This document shows positions 31,038-40,076 of a stretch of 64,000 nucleotides of DNA, in pieces; within the stretch, counting starts at the first letter, position 1; every line of letters begins with the position of its first letter. Both the position numbers and the translations under genes were made by a program. The DNA is from Candidatus Woesebacteria bacterium GW2011_GWB1_33_22 (lineage in GTDB: Bacteria; Patescibacteriota; Microgenomatia; UBA8517). The notes under the pieces were generated by a model, which saw nothing but the letters and a program-made list of their open reading frames with translations, searched no databases and had not been told where the DNA came from. The stretch is from assembly GCA_000989765.1 (NCBI GenBank), contig LBOW01000001.1, forward strand, positions 118,538-182,537, given 5' to 3'.

Positions 31038-32028
31038 AGCTGTAATTGATGAAATAAAAAAAAGAAATTTAGCTTTTGAAATTCATTGGTTGGGAGCTAA
31101 ATATAAAAATCTTTCAAATCCAGGTATTGTTTATCATGTTTTTGAATCAGGAAAAATTGAGAATAAGTTTACTAAAAATACAATTTTTAACTTTCTCAAA
31201 ATTCCATTAGATTTTTTTAAGGGATATAAAATTATTAAGGAAATAGAACCCAATTTAACACTCTCACTTGGTAGCGCTGTCGGTGCAATGTCTTCTTTTT
31301 GGTCATATTTTTTAGGAATTCCTGTAATAATTCACGAGCAAACAGCCGTAGCAGGTAGAGCCAATATAATTTCTTCCTATTTTGCTAAAAAGATTTTAAT
31401 TTCAAGAGAGAGTTCTCAAAAATACTTTAACAAATTAAAAACAAAATTAGTCGGAAATCCTATAAACAATGAGATTAAAAAATATATAGGCTTTCCTAGA
31501 AATCAAAGAGTTAAATCTATTTTAATAACTGGAGGTTCAAGGGGATCTACTTGGATTAATAATGCCATAAAACCGATTCTCCCTAAACTGCTAGAAAGAT
31601 ATTATTTAATGCATCAAACTGGAGAAAAGAACCTAGAAAAGTTCAAAGATATAAAAGATGACAAATATTTTGCATTTGGTCAAATTGATCCAAAAAATAT
31701 GGCAGAGATTTTTTCAAGAGCTGATATTGTAATATCAAGAGCCGGAGCAAATACAATTTCTGAGCTTATAGCTTTAAAAAAACCTGCTATTTTAATTCCT
31801 ATTCCATGGTCTTTTAATGATGAACAACAAAAAAATGCAGAATATATGGAAAGTTTAGGTTTAGCTAGAATTTTAGCTCAAAAGGATTTGTCAGCACAAA
31901 AACTGCTTTCTGTAGTAGAAAGTATGATCGAAGATTATCCTGTAGTTATTAAAAAAACAGCAAATTTGGTAAGTAATGATATTCATGCTTCTGAAAAGTT
32001 GGTAGATATATTGGAAAAGTACTTGTAA
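30985..32028 (+). CDS. murG: lipid II GlcNAc transferase
   Basis: IHEQ, VGNP, GGSRG, SRAGANTISEL, QQKNA. Confidence 0.9.
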   Translation: MEQKRLLITGSHAGTTAEAVIDEIKKRNLAFEIHWLGAKYKNLSNPGIVYHVFESGKIENKFTKNTIFNFLKIPLDFFKGYKIIKEIEPNLTLSLGSAVGAMSSFWSYFLGIPVIIHEQTAVAGRANIISSYFAKKILISRESSQKYFNKLKTKLVGNPINNEIKKYIGFPRNQRVKSILITGGSRGSTWINNAIKPILPKLLERYYLMHQTGEKNLEKFKDIKDDKYFAFGQIDPKNMAEIFSRADIVISRAGANTISELIALKKPAILIPIPWSFNDEQQKNAEYMESLGLARILAQKDLSAQKLLSVVESMIEDYPVVIKKTANLVSNDIHASEKLVDILEKYL

Positions 32029-32046
32029 GGTTCAACCTTTAAAGGT
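32026..32046. repeat. REP-like palindrome, left flank of RAYT
   Basis: TAAGGTTCAACCTTTAAAGGT overlapping the murG stop. Confidence 0.85.
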
Positions 32047-32056
32047 AGTATTAATT

Positions 32057-32734
32057 ATGCCTGCTAAAAATAGTATAAAACTTGATATTGAAGAAACTTA
32101 TTATCATGTTTATAACAGAGGTGTTGATAAAAGAGTTATTTTCGAAGATGAGCAAGACTATAAGGTCTTTTTAAATTATTTGAGAGAATATTTATCACCA
32201 CCTAAACCTCTAAGTGAGTTAGAAGTTGAAGTGACCTTAAAAGGTTCAACCTTTAAAGGTATACCACGATTATTAAATAATTATTTTGACCAGATTCATT
32301 TATTGGCGTATTGTTTAATGCCTAATCATTTTCATTTGTTAATTAAACAAAAAGATATTGGCATGATGAAGAATTTTATGAGATCTCTTGGTACAAGGTA
32401 TTCAGTTTATTTTAACAAGAGATATGAAAGATCTGGAAGCCTGTTTCAAGGAATTTATAAGGCAGTAATTATATCTAATGAGAATTATTTATTGCATTTA
32501 TCTAGATATATTCATTTGAATCCTGCTGAATTGAGAATTGAACTAGATGATGCCTATTCATCATATGGAGATTATACTGGATTAAGAAATACTACGTGGA
32601 TAGAATCTGAAACAATTAAATCATATTTTTCTAAAGAAAATAATAAAATAACATCATATAAATCTTTCGTTGAAAGCATGATCGATAAAAAGGATAATGA
32701 ACTTATTCAAGGGTATACATTAGACTTACCTTGA
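32057..32734 (+). mobile_element. REP-associated tyrosine transposase (RAYT/TnpA-REP, Y1 HUH family)
   Basis: YYHVYNRG, AYCLMPNHFHLL (HUH), YFNKRY..SGSLFQ, RYIHLNP, YSSY; flanked by palindromes. Confidence 0.9.
32234..32260. repeat. REP-like palindrome inside the RAYT gene (TLKGSTFKG)
   Basis: ACCTTAAAAGGTTCAACCTTTAAAGGT. Confidence 0.85.
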
Positions 32735-32753
32735 AAGGTTGAACCTTTAAAGT
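32728..32753. repeat. REP-like palindrome, right flank of RAYT (inverted)
   Basis: ACCTTGAAAGGTTGAACCTTTAAAGT; contains the RAYT stop and abuts the next ATG. Confidence 0.85.
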
Positions 32754-33449
32754 ATGAGAAAAAAAACTAAAAAACTTAATATCTTTAAAATTCTTTCTAT
32801 TTTGCTAGTTATTATTTTTTTGATGTTTATACCCTTAATAATTCAAAAATCCATTAAAATTCAAAAAATTGAATGTAAGACGCAATACGGCGATTGCGAG
32901 GGGTTAGGTGATAGGTTACAGGTGATAGGGAACTACAAAGACGTTAAAAATCAGATAGAACAGGAATTGAATAAAAATATTCAAATTAATAATTATCTTA
33001 TCCAATATAAAATTCCGGATATTTTAAAAATAGAACTTAATTTAAAAAAGCCAAAATATGCTATTTTTGATAGTCAAAAATATTATCTATTAGATAAAAA
33101 TGGCCTTATTTTAAGTGATACCAATGAAACAAATTTACCTACTTTAGTTGTTAAAAATTACCAAAACAAAATTGGAAGTAATATTTCTGATAAAGAACTA
33201 TTTAGTTTGAAAATAATTGAAAAAACGGCGTGGCTTTATTCTGTTAAAGTAGGTTTCCTAGAAAATAACGAATTAAAAATCACACTCAAAGAAGGAGTCT
33301 TAGTGCATTTTCCATTGGAAGGTGATATAGATACATTAGTGGGTAGTTTAAGGCTTGTATTTTCACGCTTGAATGATGGTTCACAAGGAATTAAAATGAG
33401 TGATATAGATGAAATTGACTTAAGATTTAAGTCAGTGATACTACGATGA
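32754..33449 (+). CDS. ftsQ: FtsQ/DivIB-like protein
   Basis: N-terminal TM, C-terminal IDLRF; directly upstream of ftsA. Confidence 0.7.
   Translation: MRKKTKKLNIFKILSILLVIIFLMFIPLIIQKSIKIQKIECKTQYGDCEGLGDRLQVIGNYKDVKNQIEQELNKNIQINNYLIQYKIPDILKIELNLKKPKYAIFDSQKYYLLDKNGLILSDTNETNLPTLVVKNYQNKIGSNISDKELFSLKIIEKTAWLYSVKVGFLENNELKITLKEGVLVHFPLEGDIDTLVGSLRLVFSRLNDGSQGIKMSDIDEIDLRFKSVILR
32899..32933 (+). repeat. 7-bp tandem array (AGGTGAT family) in ftsQ
   Basis: AGGGGTT AGGTGAT AGGTTAC AGGTGAT AGGGAAC. Confidence 0.7.
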
Positions 33450-34711
33450 AAAATAAAATTATTGCAGGTATTGAGCTGGGCAGTTCCAAAACCTCTGTTA
33501 TCGTTGCTCAAATATCAATTGATGAAACAACTTATACGAAATCAATCAATGTCATCGGCGTTTCATCAACTGAATCTAAAGGAATTAAAAAGGGTCAAAT
33601 AGTAAATATTGAAGAGTCGGTTGAATCTGCTATTTCTGCAATTGAGGGGGCAGAAAGAATGGCTGGTCATAATATAACTGATGCATATGTTTCATTGGGT
33701 GGCGCCCATATACATTCACAAAATTCACATGGTGTGGTTGCAATATCTGGACCCAATGGGGAAATCGTTGATAGTGATGTCGAAAGAAGTCTAGAGGCCG
33801 CCTCTGCAATTTCACTTCCCACTTCAAGAGAAATTGTTCACGTTTTACCCCGTGAATTTGTTGTTGATGGAGAATCTGGAGTTAAGGATCCAATTGGAAT
33901 GACTGGTGTGAGACTTGAGGTAGAAACCCATGTTGTTACCGCTAGTAGTGCAGCGATTAAAAACTTAAATAAAACTTTAACAGATGCGGGAATAAAAATA
34001 AATGATTTAGTCTTTTCTGGACTTGCCTCAGCATATTCAGTTCTTAGCGAAACAGAAAAAGAGCTTGGTTGTTGCTTAATTGATATTGGCGCAGGAACAA
34101 CTTCAGTCGTTGCCTATATCGATGGGTCACTTGCCTATTCTGGGGTTATTCCAGTTGGGGCCAAAAATGTAACTAATGATATTGCAATTGGCCTTCGGGT
34201 TTCTCTTGAAACTGCTGAAAAAATTAAACTTTACCTTTCTCAGAATAAAAAAGTTGGTAAGGATATTGGTGATGAAATAGATTTAAATTCAATGGGTATT
34301 TCAGAAGTTACAAAAGTTTCCAAAAAGACATTAATCGAAGGAATAATAAGGCCAAGGCTTAATGAAATTTTTACTATGGTTCGTTTGGAACTTGAAAGAG
34401 AGAAAATTATAAATAAAATACCCTCTGGTGCAATTGTGACAGGTGGTGGAGCTAAAACAGTTGGTGTTACTGATAGTGCAAAGCGCATGCTTGTTCTTCC
34501 TGTTAGGATTGGTATACCCACAGGTGTTTCGGGTCTTATTGATGATGTCTTAGATCCTATATTTTCTGTTCCAATAGGTTTGCTTATTTATGGAGTTAAA
34601 GATGAAATGGTTGAGAATTCGGGCAGTTTTAGGTTTCCGGTTAAACTTAATATCCCAGGTAAAGGACTATTTCATAAAATTATTGAATCAATTAAAGACT
34701 TACTGCCATAA
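33446..34711 (+). CDS. ftsA: cell division protein FtsA
   Basis: ELGSSK, GIKKGQIVNI, DIGAGTT, TGGGA. Confidence 0.95.
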   Translation: MKNKIIAGIELGSSKTSVIVAQISIDETTYTKSINVIGVSSTESKGIKKGQIVNIEESVESAISAIEGAERMAGHNITDAYVSLGGAHIHSQNSHGVVAISGPNGEIVDSDVERSLEAASAISLPTSREIVHVLPREFVVDGESGVKDPIGMTGVRLEVETHVVTASSAAIKNLNKTLTDAGIKINDLVFSGLASAYSVLSETEKELGCCLIDIGAGTTSVVAYIDGSLAYSGVIPVGAKNVTNDIAIGLRVSLETAEKIKLYLSQNKKVGKDIGDEIDLNSMGISEVTKVSKKTLIEGIIRPRLNEIFTMVRLELEREKIINKIPSGAIVTGGGAKTVGVTDSAKRMLVLPVRIGIPTGVSGLIDDVLDPIFSVPIGLLIYGVKDEMVENSGSFRFPVKLNIPGKGLFHKIIESIKDLLP

Positions 34712-34719
34712 ACTAGGTT

Positions 34720-34747
34720 TTGACAAAGCGTTAAAACTAGATATAAT
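34720..34747 (+). promoter_or_regulatory. sigma70-type promoter for ftsZ
   Basis: TTGACA-16 bp-TATAAT. Confidence 0.7.
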
Positions 34748-34786
34748 GCTTTTGATATAGTCTGCCCCCAAATAAAATAAATAACT

Positions 34787-35944
34787 ATGGCTTTAGTAAA
34801 ACCTGATTCCGCAAGAATTGCAAAAATAAAAGTAATTGGAGTTGGTGGTGGAGGTGGGAATGCCGTCTCTTCAATGGTAGAAAACGGTGTAATTTCAGGT
34901 GTTGAGTTTATAGTTTGTAATACTGATGCGCAAGTGCTTCTTAACAACAAAGCTCCAACTAAGATTCAAATCGGAGAAAAAATCACAAAAGGCCTTGGAG
35001 TTGGTGGAAATCCCGAAATAGGAGCTCAAGCAGCTGAAGAATCTCTTGAAAAGTTAAAAGAATTAATGATTGATACCGATATGGTCTTCATAACAGCAGG
35101 TATGGGAGGTGGAACAGGAACGGGGGCAGCTCCAGTTATAGCAAAGCTTGCAAAAGAATCGGGAGCATTGACTGTTGGAATTGTTACTAAACCCTTTGCT
35201 TTTGAAGGCACAAGAAGAACCGTTGCAGCTGAAGATGGAATTGAAAAATTAAGAGAAGCTGTCGACACTTTAATCGTTATACCTAACCAGAGATTAATGG
35301 ATGTAATTGACAGAAAAATGAGCCTTATGGATGCATTTAAAGTTGTTGATTCGGTTCTTGAACAGGGAGTTGGGGGAATTGCAGAGATAATTACGACCCC
35401 CGGCCTTGTAAATGTAGATTTTGCCGACGTTCGTACAATTATGAATCAAGCAGGTACTGCACTTTTGGGGATAGGTACAGGCGTTGGTGAAAATAGAGCT
35501 CAAATGGCAGCCAGAGCTGCAGTTTCCTCGCCACTTCTTGATCTTTCAATTGAGGGAGCAAGGGGAGTTCTATTTAATATAGCAGGAGGAAAAGACTTAA
35601 CAATGTTTGAGGTTGATGAAGCAGCTAAAATTATTTCAGCTGCAGCTGATCAAGACGCAAATATAATTTTTGGAGCTGTTATTAAAGAAGGTTTGTCTGA
35701 TCAAATTAGAATTACAGTTATTGCAACAGGATTTGATGAAACAAGATCCCGTATTGCACAGATGCGACCAACTTATAAACCAGTTGTTCAAGGTGTTGTT
35801 TCAGAAGGAAAAGCTATTGAAGCAAAAGATGCTACTACTAATGAATATAATGAGAATGAAGATTCAAGTAATAATAATGACAATGACGATGATTCTTTTG
35901 GGGATAAATTTGAAATTCCAGCATTTTTAAGAAAAATACATTAA
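34787..35944 (+). CDS. ftsZ: cell division protein FtsZ
   Basis: [23 protein letters not shown]-terminal IPAFLR. Confidence 0.98.
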   Translation: MALVKPDSARIAKIKVIGVGGGGGNAVSSMVENGVISGVEFIVCNTDAQVLLNNKAPTKIQIGEKITKGLGVGGNPEIGAQAAEESLEKLKELMIDTDMVFITAGMGGGTGTGAAPVIAKLAKESGALTVGIVTKPFAFEGTRRTVAAEDGIEKLREAVDTLIVIPNQRLMDVIDRKMSLMDAFKVVDSVLEQGVGGIAEIITTPGLVNVDFADVRTIMNQAGTALLGIGTGVGENRAQMAARAAVSSPLLDLSIEGARGVLFNIAGGKDLTMFEVDEAAKIISAAADQDANIIFGAVIKEGLSDQIRITVIATGFDETRSRIAQMRPTYKPVVQGVVSEGKAIEAKDATTNEYNENEDSSNNNDNDDDSFGDKFEIPAFLRKIH

Positions 35945-35963
35945 AAAGTGATAATATTTTATC

Positions 35964-36213
35964 ATGACAAGAGAATCTTCAATCCAAGCAATTCGAGACA
36001 TTCAAATGAAGGTTGGTAATGCAAAGGTTGATTATATTGAAGAAATTGCTAATGTTAATAAATGGGCAGGATTAGTTGCAGTAGGTACAACATTGTTGGT
36101 CGGCGGTTTTACTGGCGGAGCCTTATCTATCTTATCTGGTGGAATTGCTATATAACAATTATCGTCTTGGTCAATTAGAAAGAAGACAAGAAACAATTAA
36201 CAAAGCAATTTGA
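35964..36213 (+). pseudogene. small membrane protein, possible premature stop at 36153-36155
   Basis: 63 aa ORF ending in a hydrophobic helix; frame stays open ~18 codons past the TAA. Confidence 0.35.
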
Positions 36214-36243
36214 TTATAGTACAATAGCTTCGTGTTTTGGGTA

Positions 36244-36271
36244 TTGTAATAGGTAGCTAAAGTTTTATAAT
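36244..36271 (+). promoter_or_regulatory. promoter for the Ile leader
   Basis: TTGTAA-16 bp-TATAAT, 13 nt before the leader ATG. Confidence 0.55.
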
Positions 36272-36284
36272 ACATACTTAAGTT

Positions 36285-36335
36285 ATGAAAATATTTTCTC
36301 TTATTCAAATTGTCAACCTCATTATTGAGGCCTAA
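36285..36335 (+). CDS. Ile-rich attenuator leader peptide MKIFSLIQIVNLIIEA
   Basis: 16 codons, 5 Ile; followed by alternative stems and a terminator; upstream of ileS. Confidence 0.7.
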   Translation: MKIFSLIQIVNLIIEA

Positions 36336-36383
36336 TTTGGTGGGAGAAACTAAAATAAATTAATAAAAAATTAAATAAAAGTC

Positions 36384-36409
36384 AAACCTCTCATCAGAGA
36401 GGTTTTTTT
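36384..36409 (+). terminator. intrinsic terminator (attenuator)
   Basis: AAACCTCTC-ATCA-GAGAGGTTT with a T7 run. Confidence 0.85.
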
Positions 36410-36432
36410 ATTGTTGAAAGAAGGTGATAAAA

Positions 36433-36761
36433 ATGGAAAGACAAAACACAAATAATCAAAAATGTATGTTTTGGTGCGTGCCTAGACAGGATAATATTGA
36501 AACTGATGCAGAACCAGTTATGGATGATAGTCGTCTTGCCCTAACTGTGCAAATTTATTAAAAGCTATAGTATTTGGACGCGAAGGGAATTACCAAGTCT
36601 TACCTGATGAACGAATCGTTAAAAATGTGGATTATACCTATCTTGGCACAGATGGAAGTCTAGGTTTTAATGCACCATTAGGAATAGAGCACAAAAGAGG
36701 GAAAATTGTGACCGAAACTTTTCACCATGCTAGGTTTGGTAAAGTAAAATCGACTAAATAA
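36433..36761 (+). pseudogene. frameshifted small Cys-motif protein
   Basis: SD GAAGGTGA; MERQ..CMFWC.. in one frame, CPNC...KVKSTK* continuing in another from ~36535. Confidence 0.5.
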
Positions 36762-36873
36762 GTAGAGGAGTCGAAATTATTAAAACGTAAAGTTGATGTA
36801 TGCGAATTCATGGAGAAAATATGAAATATAAAAAATGGTTAACTGAAGTTGAAATTGAGAGGAGGTGATATGT

Positions 36874-37077
36874 ATGAAAGAAAAACCTGATAAAATAAAA
36901 AAAGAAAAACAAGAAAAAAAGGAAAAACCTGAGCCTTTTGGGAGTGACAATGGTCAAAATCAAGAAACTTTATTAGGGCGAACCGATTACTCAAGTTTTG
37001 TACCTTTTGGTTGGGATGATAAAACCATGGGAAGTTATGATAGTGAAGGACAAAATTGGGTTGGGGGTACTCCTTAA
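36874..37077 (+). CDS. small hypothetical protein (67 aa)
   Basis: Strong SD AGGAGGTGA; K/E-rich N-terminus. Confidence 0.55.
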   Translation: MKEKPDKIKKEKQEKKEKPEPFGSDNGQNQETLLGRTDYSSFVPFGWDDKTMGSYDSEGQNWVGGTP

Positions 37078-37086
37078 ATTTGTTTA

Positions 37087-37127
37087 CGGCCACAGACTAC
37101 AAAAGTCAAATCATGAGCCTGTGGCCG
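37087..37127. other. inverted repeat / stem-loop upstream of ileS
   Basis: CGGCCACAG ... CTGTGGCCG 9-bp perfect stem, no U-tract. Confidence 0.5.
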
Positions 37128-37178
37128 CACTCAAGTGTAGCATAGTGTAGCTAATTAATGTAGAATATTAGAAAAATT

Positions 37179-40076
37179 ATGAAGAAAAGTTATTTTGAAG
37201 CAGTTGATCCAAAGGTTGATTTCCCCAAGATGGAAAGGGATTTGCTGTCCCATTGGTATAACGACGGAATAGTTGAGAAATATTTGAAGAAAAATAAAGA
37301 TTCCAAGAAATACTTTTCTTTCCAAGATGGGCCAATAACTGCCAATAATCCCATGGGGGTTCATCATGCTTGGGGGAGGACTTATAAAGATTTATGGCCA
37401 AGGTTTAAAAGTATGCAGGGTTACAAGCAAAGGCATCAAAATGGTTTTGATTGCCAAGGGCTTTGGGTTGAAGTAGAAGTTGAAAAAGAATTAGGTTTTA
37501 AGAATAAAAAAGATATTGAAAAATTTGGTGTAGCCAAATTTGTTGGACTTTGCAAAGAACGGGTTAAAAAGTATTCCACAATTCAAACAGAACAAAGTAA
37601 AAGATTGGGTTATTTTGCAGATTGGGATAATTCCTACTACACCTTATCAGATGATAATAATTACATGATCTGGCACTTTTTAAAAGTTGTTCATGAGAAC
37701 GGCTGGCTTTATAAAGGTAATGATTCTGTACCATGGTGCCCTAGGTGTGAAACCGCCATTTCACAGCACGAAATGTTAACTGAAGATTATAAAGAATTGA
37801 CACATGAGACGATTTATATGAAATTCCCGATTGTTGACAGTGATGAGAATCTATTAGTTTGGACAACTACACCTTGGACAATTCCGGCAAACATTGCAGT
37901 TGCGGTTGATACAAAACTTGATTATGTGCTTGCCGAGGTTGATGACAAAAAGTATTGGTTAGCTGACAAGGCTAAAGAGAGGACCTTTAAAGGTTCAACC
38001 TTTAAAGTAATTAAAAAAGTAAAAGGTAACGAACTTGTTGGTCTCAAATATTCTGGAGCATTTGATGATTTACCTGCAGTTTTGGCAGTTTCTAAAACTT
38101 CTGACAAATTTCATACAGTCATTGCTACTAATAATTTAATAATGCCAATAACTACAACGGAGGGTACTGGTATGGTTCATACCGCTGTTTCTGCAGGTAC
38201 TGAGGATTTTAAATTGGGCCAAAAATTAGGCCTTCCCATGATTCCTGTTATTAATGATGATGCATCCTATATGGAAGGTTTTGAGGATTTAAGTGGACAA
38301 AATGCCAAGAAACACCCTGAACTTATATTAGATATTATGAGAGAAAAAGGATTTGCTTTTAAAATTGAAAGATATACTCACCGATATCCTGCTTGTTGGA
38401 GATGTAAAACGGAACTTGTTTGGAAAGTTACAGATGAATGGTATATATCGATGGACTTTCCATCTAAATCAAAAATCAAAAATCAAAAATCAAAATTAAC
38501 GCTACGTGAAAGGATGAAAGAAGTTGTTAAAAAAATAAATTGGATTCCAGAATTTGGTTTAAAACGGGAGCTTGACTGGCTTGACAATATGCATGATTGG
38601 TTAATTAGTAAGAAAAATAGATATTGGGGATTAGCTCTTCCAATATGGGAATGTAAATCTTGTGGTAACTTTGATGTTATAGGGGGAAAAGAGGAGTTAA
38701 AAGAAAAAGTAGTATCTGGTTGGGATAAATTTGAAGGTAAATCACCCCACAAACCTCAAATAGATGAGATAAAAATAAAATGCTCCAAGTGTGGCGAAAC
38801 CACCTCTAGAATTGAGCCTGTGGGAAACCCTTGGCTTGATGCGGGGATAGTTCAGTTTTCAACTATTTCAAGTGATAACAAATCGAAGCCCTTGTACTTA
38901 ACTGACAAAAAGGAATGGGAAAAATGGTTTCCAGTTGATTTTATTACTGAAAGTTTCCCTGGACAATTTAAGAACTGGTTTTATTCAATGATTGCTATGA
39001 GTACAGTTTTGGAAAACAAAAATCCTTTTAAAACTGTTTTAGGTTTTGCAACACAACTTGGTGAAGATGGTCGTGCAATGCATAAATCATGGGGGAATGC
39101 CATAGAATTTAATGAAGCTGCAGACAAGATAGGATCAGATGTCATGAGATGGATGTTTGTTCGTCAAGATCCTGCACAAAATATGTTATTTGGCTATCAT
39201 CTAGCCGATGAAACAAGGCGTCAATTTCATTTAAAACTTTGGAATATTTATAACTTCTTTGTAACATATGCAAATATGGATGGATGGAAACCATCCAAAA
39301 ATCAAAAATCAAAAATCAAAAGTCAAAATGTTTTAGATGCATGGATTTTGATAAGACTTAACCAGACAATCTTAGAAGTTACAAAATCTTTGGAAAGGTT
39401 TGATCCATATAATTCAAGTGCAGTAATTGATAAGTTTGTTGATGATTTATCAGTTTGGTATTTAAGAAGGTCTCGTGATCGCAGAAACAACGACTTTTAC
39501 CATACTACATACTATATACTACTTACTACAAGTAAGCTTCTTGCTCCATTTATACCGTTTTTGGCAGAGACAATTTATACAAATTTAACTAAAGAAGAAA
39601 GCGTACATTTGGCCCAATGGCCAACTGTAGATGCTAAAACACAAATGCTAAATGATAAATTAATAGAGGAAATGCAAAAGGTTAGAGAGATTGTTGAAGT
39701 TGGACATAGTTTACGAAAAGAAAATAATATTCCTGTCCGTCAGCCACTTTCTTTACTGTCTACTGTCTACAGCTCATTGTCTACGGAATTAACTCAAATA
39801 GTTCTTGAAGAACTTAATGTTAAAAGTGTTAAATATGGACAAAAGACAAATAAACTTGATTTAACGATAACGCCAGAGTTGAAAGAGGAGGCGGATACTA
39901 GGGATTTAATTAGAAAGATTCAAGCTGCAAGAAAAGAACTTGGAACGGCTTTAAATGACAATGTAAAAGTTACAGCTCCATGGATTCCGACAAATAAAAA
40001 AATGTTAGAACTTTTGAAAACAAAAACATTATGTATTGCTCTAGAACAAGGGAATTTTAATGTTACAAAAATTTGA
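37179..40076 (+). CDS. ileS: isoleucyl-tRNA synthetase (type 2)
   Basis: DGPITAN..GVHH, GFDCQGL, WTTTPWT, GTGMVH, AMHKSWGN. Confidence 0.95.
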   Translation: MKKSYFEAVDPKVDFPKMERDLLSHWYNDGIVEKYLKKNKDSKKYFSFQDGPITANNPMGVHHAWGRTYKDLWPRFKSMQGYKQRHQNGFDCQGLWVEVEVEKELGFKNKKDIEKFGVAKFVGLCKERVKKYSTIQTEQSKRLGYFADWDNSYYTLSDDNNYMIWHFLKVVHENGWLYKGNDSVPWCPRCETAISQHEMLTEDYKELTHETIYMKFPIVDSDENLLVWTTTPWTIPANIAVAVDTKLDYVLAEVDDKKYWLADKAKERTFKGSTFKVIKKVKGNELVGLKYSGAFDDLPAVLAVSKTSDKFHTVIATNNLIMPITTTEGTGMVHTAVSAGTEDFKLGQKLGLPMIPVINDDASYMEGFEDLSGQNAKKHPELILDIMREKGFAFKIERYTHRYPACWRCKTELVWKVTDEWYISMDFPSKSKIKNQKSKLTLRERMKEVVKKINWIPEFGLKRELDWLDNMHDWLISKKNRYWGLALPIWECKSCGNFDVIGGKEELKEKVVSGWDKFEGKSPHKPQIDEIKIKCSKCGETTSRIEPVGNPWLDAGIVQFSTISSDNKSKPLYLTDKKEWEKWFPVDFITESFPGQFKNWFYSMIAMSTVLENKNPFKTVLGFATQLGEDGRAMHKSWGNAIEFNEAADKIGSDVMRWMFVRQDPAQNMLFGYHLADETRRQFHLKLWNIYNFFVTYANMDGWKPSKNQKSKIKSQNVLDAWILIRLNQTILEVTKSLERFDPYNSSAVIDKFVDDLSVWYLRRSRDRRNNDFYHTTYYILLTTSKLLAPFIPFLAETIYTNLTKEESVHLAQWPTVDAKTQMLNDKLIEEMQKVREIVEVGHSLRKENNIPVRQPLSLLSTVYSSLSTELTQIVLEELNVKSVKYGQKTNKLDLTITPELKEEADTRDLIRKIQAARKELGTALNDNVKVTAPWIPTNKKMLELLKTKTLCIALEQGNFNVTKI
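37983..38008. repeat. REP-like palindrome copy in ileS (TFKGSTFKV)
   Basis: ACCTTTAAAGGTTCAACCTTTAAAGT. Confidence 0.85.
38466..38496 (+). repeat. 7-bp tandem array (TCAAAAA) in ileS
   Basis: (TCAAAAA)x3 TCAAAAT; KSKIKNQKSK. Confidence 0.8.
39295..39329 (+). repeat. 7-bp tandem array (TCAAAAA) in ileS
   Basis: CCAAAAA TCAAAAA TCAAAAA TCAAAAG TCAAAAT. Confidence 0.8.
39503..39530 (+). repeat. 7-bp tandem array (TACTACA) in ileS
   Basis: TACTACA TACTATA TACTACT TACTACA. Confidence 0.75.
39631..39660 (+). repeat. degenerate 7-bp array (ATGCTAA) in ileS
   Basis: ATGCTAA AACACAA ATGCTAA ATGATAA. Confidence 0.5.
39756..39786 (+). repeat. 7-bp tandem array (YNGTCTA) in ileS
   Basis: CTGTCTA CTGTCTA CAGCTCA TTGTCTA CGG. 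Confidence 0.75.

Noticed and set aside
35860..35895. AAT/GAT repeats at the end of ftsZ
   Set aside because: Encodes the ordinary Asn/Asp-rich disordered linker
36153..36155. Stop-codon reassignment or readthrough
   Set aside because: TAA, TAG and TGA all terminate conserved genes normally in this window; a single nonsense change is simpler
36230..37178. T-box riboswitch upstream of ileS
   Set aside because: No T-box consensus directly before the terminator and no stem I recognised; leader-peptide model fits better
5878..38008. REP-like copies as a CRISPR array
   Set aside because: Copies are dispersed over 32 kb with no regular spacers and no cas genes
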